Below are positions 13,801 through 25,400 of a stretch of 64,000 nucleotides of DNA, in pieces. Both the position numbers and the translations under genes were made by a program. The notes under the pieces are model-generated. The model worked only from the letters and a program-made list of their open reading frames with translations. It was not told the DNA's origin and ran no database searches. Origin of the DNA: Klebsormidium nitens (taxonomy: Eukaryota > Plantae > Klebsormidiophyceae); contig DF236990.1 in NCBI GenBank assembly GCA_000708835.1, forward strand, positions 124,001 to 188,000. Reading direction: 5' to 3'. Each line of letters opens with the position of its first letter. The stretch's first letter is position 1.

Positions 13801-16800
13801 GGGTGGGCGTAGATGCATGCGTCGGGCTCCTTCAATTGAAACCACAAACCTCTCATTAAGCACAGCGTCTCAAACTGATGAAAGCTTCTGTTCGATTCTG
13901 GAGACAGTGATATTGTCATGCATGCTAACATGCAGGACCACAGGCACGAAATTAAAGTTGCATCTCAATATAACGGTATGTGTTCAGATGTAGCAATCGA
14001 CTGCAACTTTTCAAACATTGGCGGAAAACAAATAGCTTCCGTGTTGTCTTAGCCGTCCGGTATGTGTTAGTTGCATCCATGATATTCAAATCAAAGGTAA
14101 CTCAACTCTTTCTATCTTCTGATCCATTTCAGATAAGCGGGCTATCCCAACAGCTTTTTCAGAAGGACGAAGATATTCACGAGCTTCAGCGCAAGTCCAA
14201 GTCGCAGCTGGACCAAATCGCCGTGGCCGAGGACGAGAAATTGGACCTGCAGGAAGATGCCAAAGCGAAGTCGGACCGGTGGGTTAGTCAGCTTCGAAGA
14301 GACACGAAAGTTTTCTTCATCTCTCTGTTTGATTAGATTAGGGTTTAGAGAGCTTTGCAGCAACACAATCGGTCTTCACTTGCTTCTACCCAAGTGAGTC
14401 AGGATCGCCGGTACGCAGCCGGGAGAAACGCTCTCTTAAGTATGGGACGCTATCTCATTGCGCCTCCGGTACCGGTTTCCCATGAGACGACCTCAGAGAC
14501 TCTCTCCCGTCACCTGAGATGCGCTTGGAATAACCGTTTCAAAATTTCAGGGTTCAGGGGTTCAGGAAATTTCAGGGGCGTATGAACATTTTCTACCACT
14601 CCCCGCAGGATCGAAGAACTAGAGCAGCAGATTTTGGAGTCGCGCAAGGCGGCCAAGGCGAAAACCAGCGCGGCGGCCGCGGCTGAGCTGGAGGCCGCGA
14701 ACCTGCAGGCGCGGCTTGCGCGCGCGGACGACGAGAAGGAAAGGCTGAGCCTGGCCCTGCAAGCGAAGGTAAGAGCACGTGTCTTTCAGTCTAGCTTGCC
14801 ATTTTGTAGCACATGCTTGAAATACCATTTAAAGGGGTCTGCGCAAGACTCTCACGACGACCTTTACCAAACCTACTAATGTATTCTACGTTCCAAACGG
14901 TTGAAATAAACTTTCCGATGTCAGACAGATTCAGTAATTATGATGGTGTAGTCCCAAGCGCGCTAAATTTATATTCTGCTCCTCTTGATTCAGGTTGAAG
15001 AGCTGCGACTCGCGAACGAAAGCGTCACGGCGAAGGAGAAGCGTCTGCAGGAGGCGAGCACGGATATCGCGGACCTGAAGTCGCGCGTCCTCAGTTTGAA
15101 CTCAGAGGTCGGAGCAAAAGCACAGGAGTGAGTATAAGAACAGACACTGCAGATCTTTTTGTAGTGACCATTCTCCTCGAGGTTCATCTGTATCAACTGC
15201 ATAATCTTGGCGCCTTTTGGCCTTCGCATCATTCTTCTGAAAAGCGGATGGACTTCTGATGCCTGTAGTCATCAGATCCAGGTGGAGCATGAGCAGAATC
15301 GTCCTGGCGTCTATTCTAGCTTAGGGATTCGCATAAGCGTCAACTTGTAATTTGACGCTTCACAATGTTCTTTCTACTCTGCGACGTAAGGGTGCTTGAA
15401 AGTTCAAACGTCCTTAATTTTTCGCTTGAAGGCATTTTGACCACTGGGAAAACGCTGCGCCCAATATTCGCAGGATAGCAGAACTGGAACAGGCGGTACA
15501 TCGGGCTCTGGAAGAAGTCGCCGCGCTGAAGAAGGAGAAGGAAAAGTGCGAAGTGCGCTGTTTAAGACTGCAGCTGAATTTAGACGATCGCCAGCAGGTG
15601 AGACGCCGAGTGTCTCTTCCATTGAACTCTGCAAAAGATTCTGGATATTGACTTTTTTCTGTGAAGCGTCACGCGATGCTCCCCTGATTCATTGAGCAGA
15701 CACGAAGCTGGGTATAAGCCAAGGCTCGCGTCCTCAAAAACATTTTACGGGAAAGTACAACGTGACATCGGCGATTCAAGTGTAGAAGGCAGGTACGGCA
15801 TCTCTGGCAGCTGAATGTGATTGTTCAAGTAGTTACGGAGCTGCAACATCAACCCGCGTACTCGATTATATTGTTTTTCTCCTTTCTCGCAGGAGAACAA
15901 GAAGTTTCAGGAGGAAGTTCCGGAGCTGAACGAGACGGTCGACAGTTTGAAAGCAGAGGTCTCAAACTGGAAGGCAAGGGAATTAAGCTCTGGCCTCTCC
16001 TTCTCTTTTCCTTCCTTGTAGCCAGATTGGATGCACGGAAAGCCCTAGCAACTTTATCGGACAATTCACGAGCCCTTGCCAATACTGCAGCAACGGTATT
16101 TTGAAAGTGACGAATCTACTTCAAGCGGGAAAAGCGTACAGATTTTTAGCATCAGCGATCAGAAATTAGGTGTCGCCTTTCTGTTGAAAGAAACAACAAA
16201 GGAAAAAGGCATAACTTCTGAGATATCTGGCTGATGCTTGTTTTTCCCGCGGCTTACTTGTCCGCAGGAGACGGCGCACAAGCTGAGCGAAGATGCGGAC
16301 GCAGCGAAGCGCGCGGAAAAGGAGCTGCGGAAAGAGGTGGACCGCCTGCGCGAGGAGCTCGACATGACAAACAGGTGAACCATTTTTTAATCAAAGCTAT
16401 CCTGCAGATGAGTGGTGTAGAATAGTCCTGCCGCAGGACCTGCCTAATCAGGACCTGAAGCTGTCTTTCGGTAGCTTGCCTCTCTAGGATGCATTGAGTA
16501 TCCAAATAGGAGTTTCTCATGTGTGTTACCCGTTTCCAGACGCGAGGAACGGCTGTAACGACCTCGCTTCTCGCAAAGACAGCAGCATGTATTTCGTACG
16601 CTCCTTCCATTTGTAGTGGAGGATAGTTTGAAGCTTTCTCTTCTCAAAGCTGTTATTCTCGGGGGCCTACGATGGCCTGGCTGCGAGGCTGCTTGTTCGA
16701 TCTTTTGACGGCTTCCATCATTCTGGGCGGCCTTCTCGACCTCACAGCTTATGCAGCTTGTAAGTAAGCTATACCTGGTGCGGAAAGCGCTTTCCGAAGA

Positions 16801-19800
16801 CTGGAACACAGACTGCTTCTCTCAAAAGTGATAAACAGAAAGCGAGAAAAGGAGGCAATTGAAGTAAACAATCGTCGTGCTTTCCTGCGCTCCTTTCCTC
16901 TACTCAGATCGTTCAAGGGGCTTGAGACCGCGTACCAGGACCTCGAGTTAGACAGCGCGAAGCAGCACGAGGACCTGCTCCGGCGCGTGGCAGACCTGCA
17001 AAATGCAAAAGATGCGGCCGAGGACAAGGCGCGCCGCGCGCTCAGGACGATGGTGAGAGCGCTCGCGCGTACACGTATATTTACTTCGGGACTATACTGG
17101 CTTCGGACGGGTATGAAAATCGTTGCGAAGAGATCAGAGAGGCACGGAGAGGACGTCACAAGTCTTCTGCGGGAACTGAATGATAAGGAAGCAGGAAGTT
17201 TCACTGAGTCTGCTAACCAACTTTAGGTACTCGCAACTTCTGTTGAGACGTGAAGAGAAAGTTATTTGGGCCGTCTGTGATGCTTTCCGGATTAAGTCGG
17301 TCCACGCGTTACTTTCTATTTTTGTCTTTCGAGCTCTTTCTAATCGGAGGACGGCGTTATATTTCGAGCGGGGACACCGAAAACGCAGCGTCTTTTTCTG
17401 CCTTACATTGTATGCCTTAAGATGTATCAATCCATCAAAATCCTGTCAGATATGAAATCTTTGCCCACTGAGCTGATAACTCCCCTCTTTCTGAAGTCCG
17501 AATCCCTGTACTCAGGAGGCGCAGCACAAGGACTTGGAAGTCAGCTTGCGAGAGAAGTACGAGAGCGTCATTGCGGAGCAGGAACGCAGCATTCAGGTAA
17601 GCAGAGACGCTATATAGCAGCTTAAAGTGAGAGTGACTTATTCACTCGTGTTTCCACTCTGCGTGTTCGCAGAAGCATGCGTTCGAAACAATCCGCTCGA
17701 GTTTTTGGCTTAAAGCGCTTGGTCTGCACAGACTATTTTGTGGTAGGACCACTGGACAGACTTGCAGCCCTTGATATTTTGTGCCTGGTTCGAGATTGGA
17801 CATGAGCGCGGCCCCAGAAAAGGAAACTACACATCGCCGCTCCTTATCATAGGGCTAGTAGATATTTTTGGCAGATTCGTGTCTTCCTTAGAGGCTCAAC
17901 GATCGAAAATAGCGGGCTGTAAATCACAGATGATTATCAATTCTGTGCAGCAACTCGAAGAGGAGCGGAAGCAGCTCATGAAGTCTCACGCCGACAAGCT
18001 GGAACGGATGGAGGCGGACCGGAAGCGGAGAGAGGAGCTGGACCGGAAGCAGCTCATAGCGCAGGTGGGCTTCTGCAGAGACGGTCTTTCTCGTCTTGAG
18101 AAGAAGCTTTGACAACTTTTTCTTCCCACATTGGTGGAATAACGTTGTCTATTGGCAGGACTCTTCGAAGAGCCGGATTTCCCCCCTTGACGGCGTTCCA
18201 ACTTCTGTGCTATTACAACGGAAGAGTTCCGGGCTTCATACAATCCATGTGGACCCTTCCAGTTTGGCCTTGTTTTGTCACTCATTCTTGCCTTCTGCCA
18301 AAGCTAGGACGATCCATTCGTTCAAAACGCACTTTTGTTCGAGGTTGGATTACGATCTTTGGGGCCCTCAATTCCTCCCGCCATCAACTGTGTTGGTTGT
18401 TTACTATGTTTATAGCTGTCACGGCTTGCAAGTGCTCCCTAAGGTCGTCGTTCTTTCTATTGCAGCTCCAAGCAGATTTTGATGCGGAGAAGAGTTCTCT
18501 GGAGCTGGCGGCCGCGGAGGGTCTGGATGAAAGGGAGGCTCAGCTTCGCGAAAATGCGCGCGCACAGCTCGCAGAGCAGAAGGTATGCCGCGCAGCAGAG
18601 CTTGCAACATGGTTTTCCCCGTTCGTAAGGGAAAGGAGGTATTCTAGGCAAAACGGCACACCTCTATTTCAGAATCTCGATGATGCCTTCCTCACTGCAA
18701 GGCTTGTTTCAGGCTTGTGATTGGTGACAAAGTGGCAGTCAGCTCTGACTTGAGTGAGCGAAGTTAACCTTCCTGAAGCTGCGCTCTGTTAAGGGATGAT
18801 GAACCGGTCGTGTTTTCGCAGGCCCGCTGCGAAAACGAGTTGGAGCGAATTCGATGTGAAGCAGCGAAACGGGAGGGGGAGCTCCGCAAGCAGATGGCGC
18901 AACTGGAAGCGGAGATGCAGGTACGGATTGTCTTGACACAACTGCGGACTGCTACAGATGGGTCGAAATAGACCGTTTGCACGGCGCAGATCCAAACACC
19001 GTCTTTTAGAGCATCCTGTGAGTGGTTCTCGGTCTTTGGTTTGCTGGGGGAACCTAGCGATGCCCACAGGATGACTCATCTCGAAGAGGGCAGTGAGCGA
19101 CGGTGCCTCGTGTGGTCTTATGGGGCGACCTCAAGCCCTCAAATCCCAGTGATCCTGTCGCCTTACTCGGGTCTCCACGCGGGACTTTCTACCCCGTTCG
19201 AGAGGCCGTACTTCTCTCTATCAACACCGCCGCGAGGCCACATGACTTACTCGCTCTGGAAGCCGGTCTCCCTAACGTCAGACAACTTTTCATCTTCGTT
19301 GCAGATTCGGACAGAGAACCTACTGCAGGAGCAGCGGCATGCACTGGAGGCGGAGATCGTCGCCAGACAAGAGCAAGCCAACAAGGTGAGAATAGAGCAC
19401 ACCTTCATTTTTCTTGTCCGGAAAGGTGCTTTAAGAAGCAAGTTAAACCCTCACATCATAGATTTACTGTATGACTACAAGGCACAGAAATATTGTCCAA
19501 TTTCCAGTTGGACTCTGGGCTAGACAAAGTCGGGTTTTTGTGCTGGCTCATGGATGATTATCGTAGCATAACCTCATTTCCCCAGCTTCAAACTGCGGAG
19601 CATCTGCTTCGGGTGGAAACTTTTGGCATTCAAGCGGTAACTTGCATGGGCGCTTGTCGCTCGTCTTCTTCGACACGTTAAAAGTCGTGCATTGATTCTA
19701 TGGGTCTCAACCTCGCCTTTCATTGGTTCTTATAGGTTTCGGACCGTTCTCCAGAAGTCTTCGAGATACTTTACCTACTTCGTCTCAATAACTTCTCGTC

Positions 19801-21001
19801 TCCAGCCAAGTACACGATAAGCGCCAATAAGCTGGGCTCGGAAATAGTGTCGTCTCTTCAGGTCAAGGAGTCCCTGAGCCAGGAGCTGCTGGACAAGGAA
19901 CGCGCGGCGCGGCGCGCGTTGATGGAGAAGAACGAAGCGGAGGCGAAGCTGCGCGAGGAGCGCGCGCGCGGGCAAGCAGCGCAGGAACGGCTGGAAGAGG
20001 AACTGGAAGCTGCGATGAGGGAGGTGGATGCCGCGCAAGAAAGAGAAGCGTCCGCAAGGACAAGTGAGTATGCGAAGGAAAATCCACGTTGGCACGGGAA
20101 GCCATGTGTCACGGTCTGCGAAGTGATTCTTCTTACTTGAAGTGGTCACAAATTACATCAGAAGTGCCGCTCGTGAGGTCCGTTCGTTCCCCAAACGTCG
20201 CCGTTGAAATCAGAGTACGGCTGCGAGATTTTGCACTGTAAGACGTTGAGAAAGGCTCTAAGCGTTTTCTTTACCTCTTTCTGATCAAATCTGTGGAGGA
20301 AATCCAAGAATCGTCTCTCGATCTCTCGGCGCAGAAGCCGATAATCTGGAGAAGGATCTGAAGTCGTCACGAGCAACCTGGGAGAAGTCTGTGAGGGCGG
20401 CAGCGGCGCGAGTGGAAGAGATGGAAGCCAAGCATGCGAAGCATCTGAAAGTCATAGCACAAGGGATGAAGGTGCGCACCGTATGTACCTCGTATGCTTC
20501 TTCGGCTAGTTCCGGAGACTGCTTCCTCTGCGTCAGCAGTAGTCCCCGCTCATACGTTGCTGACAGATCATTTTTGTATAGCGACAGCTTGTTGGTTTAC
20601 TCTCGCTGGTCGTGCAAGTCTACGAACACAATGAAAGGGTTTCTTCTCTGTCCAACCTGTGTTTCGATCCCGAAGTAACCCATCCTCGTCGATGCGGATG
20701 GATTCAGAGCCTCAACAACCTTTTGACGTCTTTAAAGATATTTGATGACTGTCTCGGCCTTTCGCAGGATGCATACGAGCGCTCGATTGAAGACCTCAAG
20801 ACGAAGACGGCTGCCATTATTGCCCAAGCGACCGAAGAGGAGCAGCCGACAACTTCCCCGTCCATGCGCCAGTCATGCCCCCAGCTCTTCATGACGTGTC
20901 CCGGCTCCCCTTTGCAAGCGGCGTCGACCCCACCGTCGTCTCCCGGCTTTGAGAGTGTGTTGCAAGATGTTGCAGAGGTTGTGAACGTCAGCCCGGCGTG
21001 A
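10851..21001 (+). CDS. Long coiled-coil protein of unknown family, ~1005 aa, 20 exons (10851-11193, 11619-11756, 12263-12524, 12864-13025, 13525-13720, 14133-14278, 14609-14768, 14994-15127, 15474-15552, 15893-15973, 16268-16374, 16908-17052, 17516-17596, 17951-18064, 18466-18582, 18822-18920, 19305-19385, 19862-20063, 20335-20471, 20768-21001)
   Basis: GC-rich exons with E/K/R/A/L/Q heptad composition (e.g. IEELEQQILESRKAAKAK, QLEEERKQLMKSHADKLERME) join in frame for 3018 nt. One GC-AG intron is required. The start codon is uncertain. Confidence 0.8.
13165..13530 (+). repeat. Two degenerate tandem copies of the acceptor and 5' end of the exon starting at 13525 (copies start 13175 and 13384)
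   Basis: gcag|gtactacgagtactctgaaaacgaggag and gcag|gcactctgagcattctgaagccgaggag versus the true gcag|gtactacgaggactgtgaagccgagaag. Confidence 0.85.
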
Positions 21002-21244
21002 CCCAGTTGCTTGTTGGACATAACATGGTGTTGCGTACGGGTGAAGGTCACGAGGAAAATCAGGTGAACGAGACGGCTGTGTTTCGGTCTTTGACTAAGA
21101 TTCCACAGGAAGGACGATATGAACGGTTTATGTTGCGGCGCTCGCATATATACGAGCTTTGCCAGATGAGTGCAGTTGGATCCATATAACGTTGGCATGC
21201 GTTGGCAACATTGTGCATAAGCGTCTTTCATTCTCGGTGTTAGT

Positions 21245-22134
21245 ATGACGAGAACAATCAGCATGAGATCCTCAGCCATCAGCAAGCCACTGAGAGTGAT
21301 CGCCGTGGATGACTCCACTTTCAGCCTGGCTATATTGATCGCGGCAATAACGATGCTTTGACGTGCCAAAATAGCGCTGGCAGCTAATATGCTTGAAGTC
21401 TGTGCTAAAATATCGCTGGTATGTGAAACTACTATAGTAGGCGGTGGTTCTGGAATTGATCGCCGTTCAACGCCAGCGGGATGCGGGGGCAAGGTGAGTC
21501 GCGGCGGCCCTGTCGCGGCCGGCCCACTGATCAGCAGGTCACCTGAGGACTCGCGCGCGGCGGCAGCCGCGCATATCGCTGGCCGTCACCGGATGGTTGG
21601 CATCATGCATCATCCGACGTTGTCGCCGTGGCCGTGCGCGACCGTGCGCGCGGCTTTCTTTTCTTTGGCAGATGCTGGATGCTCTCAACCTGCTTTGCAT
21701 CGTCAGCGTGCTCGACATGCATCATTGGAGAAAGTTTCCCCGGTTCCTTCGCTTTTCCAGGATTCTGTCATGGTCAACAAGGTGCAGTCGACAGTGCCTG
21801 ACGTTGACGCGACAGCCATCACCCTCGACTCCTGGGGTCATGATCATGTCAGTAGTAAGTCGAGGTACTTAGCTTACCCGGGAAAGGCTGGCAATGGGGG
21901 CTGTATATTCTGCTTCAAGTGAAGAACTGGTTGTCGACATCCGTACGGGTACGGCAACGAAGCTGCATGGGAAGCTGCAACTCTCTCGTGAACAGATTTG
22001 GCGTGCAGGAAACCAGATCCATGGAAAAGGTCCTTGAAGCATATCGATGGTCCTCACTTCGAGCATGCCTCTACAGCCGCGCCCCTCCTCCAGGTTTGAA
22101 ACAACGGGGCGACGCAGACGTTCGGATGCGATAG
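21245..22134 (+). pseudogene. Possible decayed response-regulator receiver (REC) domain fragments
   Basis: LRVIAVDDSTFSLAILIAAITML*RAKIALAANMLEV has CheY/ARR-like spacing. After a GT donor (21494) and an acceptor (21671) come ALNLLCIVSVLDMH, VPDVDA and VMIMS, resembling ARR ALSLL..IVISDVHMPDMDG..VIMMS. There is an in-frame TGA (21359) and frameshifts. Confidence 0.35.
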
Positions 22135-22487
22135 AGTCAGAGCGCTTTCGTAGACGACCGACGCCTTTTGAGCCAGAGTGAAATTTGCTTGATGCGCGAA
22201 AGGGAGCACAAAGACCAGGCGATTTTTTGGAATGAAAGGACTTACAGACGATGTTATGTCTCGAGGAGTGAATCAAAAGCTCGAAGGGTGCCGCTTTGTT
22301 TCCAGTTGGAACCGCGCGCTAAAGCATCGCGATCTCACATTCTCATCTTCTGCCATCTTTTTTCATGCTTAGCACTTCGTGGTGTTGAGGAAGAGAGAAA
22401 AAACCCAAGTCTCCCGCAGAAGTGAAGTACCTGGATCCCGTCCTGCATTTACCCGAAAGAAGCAGACAATCTCCCCAAACCAAAAGT

Positions 22488-25400
22488 ATGCCTTTGCATT
22501 GGTTCGTTTGCTTCGAGCATCCAAGGCTCTGGAGGGCTCGCCCTCTTGTTATCTTCGTGCTCAGCACAACGAGCATCGGTCAACTTTCCGCCCAAACCAG
22601 CTGCATTCCGTCGCCCCTGCCAGGATACACTTGCGCAGCGAACGGAACGGACGCCCTCGGGTCACCGAGCGGGTAAGCTTTCTGAGCGAAGTCGACTTTC
22701 AATTGCTCAAAAATGATTTTGCCTGCCCTTCAGCGGTGATTCGGTCCGACAACGTTGACAAGCAGGGTAAGACGCAGTTGGTTTAGCTGATCGCGCATGA
22801 GAGCCTCAGATCCCTGCAAAGCGCAGCATCTTATAGCAGTTGGGTACAGGCGACTCAGTGTAAGGTGGACGGTTCATTTGAGATTTCGCAATTAGGCAAC
22901 ACTGCAGGTACGGAAAGATACTTCCAGCGGCTTCAGTTCTCAGCTCCTGTAGAAATCCACGTCATCATAGGCATCTGATGGAAACTCAACACAACCTTAA
23001 TATCGCGACTTGGTCATCCTAGGCCCATACCGTTTGACTGATGGTTTTCGAGATCTTGATTGACGTCGCCTGATCTGATGCTCTCAAATTTGGCTCCTTG
23101 AAAGGCTTCGTGGTCTCAAAGCTCAACAGATAGTCTCTGAAAGAGGAAGCGATGTCTTACATGGATCGACGGCGCATCAGTTCCGTTCCGGTTCCGTTTC
23201 AGGTACACCTTGCACTGGACGACGGTCGCGAGCGGCGGCGCGCTCGCGCTCGCGGCTGAGGCGCCGACGGGCAGCTGGGTGGCTGTCGGCTTCTCGAGAA
23301 ACGGGATGATGGTGCGAGAACTTTCCCAAATGAGATTTTGCGAAGTCAATCGCTTGAATTAATAGCAGTCAAAAGGTTTTTACAAAGCTGTGACTTCTCG
23401 AAAACCAGGGCACTGAATTCTGAGCGGCCTTTTATACAGTCGAGTTGTCAAACCGCTCAGATAAAAGGCTGCTTCACTCACAAAGCTCCTCAAAGAGTGG
23501 ACACAGCTGCTGGAGGCGCGGATAGTAGAATTATTGTTAACAATGTCCCAAGTATCACTTGGTAAGAATGGTTGGGGAACATCCTTCTTCTTAAAGTCTA
23601 TCAAAACAGAAGGATAGAAGAAAGAAAACTTCTTGTAGCCGAAATCTGCAAACACACTCGCTTCCCCAAACCTTTGACGGACATCTTACTCATTCACGAC
23701 AAACCAAACCAGAAAAGCCCAGATTCTGGACATCATGCTTTTCTTCTGGTGTGTTGCGGCAGGTCGGGAGTGAGGCAGTTGTGGGCAAGTCAGCCCCTTC
23801 TCCGGGCACTCCCGCGGTTCAAGCCTACAGCCTGATCGCCCAGAACCCCGTGCAACCAGCGATGTCGGTCCAAGTGAATGGGAACCTGAACATCCAAAAC
23901 GCGACCGTCGAAACGCCTACTTCTGGGAGGATCCTTCTCAGGTACAGCGCCAGGCTGGATGCTATTGATAAAAGATCTTCTGTTCGAGCGTCCTCGCAAT
24001 TTCCCCTTTTCTCACCCTGCCATGAACAGTTTTGCAGCCATACGCTTCGTCTTTCTGTCTGATACGTGATTCGGATCCAAAAGGTTTCCTTTCAGGTTGA
24101 GAGCTTTCAATCTGGTCGCCACAGGAGCAACAGTTCCCAAATCTCCGACAAACTCAACGTGTAATAGTGAGCGCTCTTCCGACCCACTACAACCTCTGTA
24201 TGTCCTTCGATTACTTATACAAGTTACGTTTTCCGCAGGTTCCAGAGGTCCTTCCCGGACGGCGGAAACGTTCCGGTGCAGCTGAACGGAATCCAACAGA
24301 TGGTGTGGTCCTACGGGCCTGCAGGGTCAACGTTTCCAACATACCACCTGCAAAACAGGTGAGCGAAGCAGACCTGAATCGCTCTTGATGTAGAACTAGA
24401 ACCTAACAGCTGAACATTGTAGGTCTCGCTTTCACGATCTGCCAATCTCAAGCTTTTATCATGCAGATTTGTTACGCCCTCGCAAGCATGACTTCGAGGG
24501 AAGATGCCGAAGCTTTCTCACTATCTTTTGAACGTTCACGACACTCATAACTCTCAAAGCAATGTCTCCGTGTGAGTCCTGCTAAAGAAAGCGCCCGAAA
24601 AGTAAGGAAACCGGGCATCTTTGAAAAGACCGTCTTCCAACAGGGGAGCCATCGCCGTCGACTTCAGCGCAACGCCCACGAACCAAATCGCACCCACGGA
24701 GGGATCCCCTTCACCAGCAACGGCAGCCGGCCCCGGCGCGAATCTGGTGGTGCCAGCTGGCAGCCCGCCGCTGGCTGGCCCCCCTGTTGGCGGTGTACTG
24801 CCAGGCACCCCTGCGCCAGCTCCCGGGAGATCCCCCGCGGGATGTGTGCCATCCACCCAGCCGGGGTTGACTGCCAAGTTGTGGCTAGTGCTTCGCTTGG
24901 GTGAGTGAACATTGGACTTTGAAGTCGTCGAAGTATTTGATGGATTATGCAACGAAGTCGTGGTTAAATTTAAGCGGCCTCGTTTCTGCGGCTGTTTCGC
25001 GTCAAAGCGCGAAGCCCACTAGCCCATTTCCAACCCGGATAAAGGGGGTCTTTCGCAAAGTATTCCAGTGTCCTCTACATGTTTCACCCTGCTGCACATG
25101 GCCTGCCACGCCAGATAGAGCACGCAAGACGAGCTTTTGCATTGGGTTTCTTCGTAGTTCCTTGCACCGATCCCCTCTTTTCGTCACGAGGCAGCGACTG
25201 AAAGCGCTTCCTGCACTAACAAAAGTCGCCTCACAAAATCCTCATACTCGTTTTGATGATGCCAAAAGCACATCCGCTCCCTTATCTTCTCACAGGTACA
25301 CTTTCCACCACGCGTACCGTCCTCCCTCCGTTTCCTTTCTCGCTCAAGTGCCCACTCCCGGCTGGATCGCAATCGGCGTTTCTCCAACCGGGGGCATGAT

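Noticed and set aside
20704-21492. 262-aa minus-strand ORF with a hydrophobic stretch
   Set aside because: It overlaps the last coiled-coil exon antisense. No family match and no supporting splice structure.
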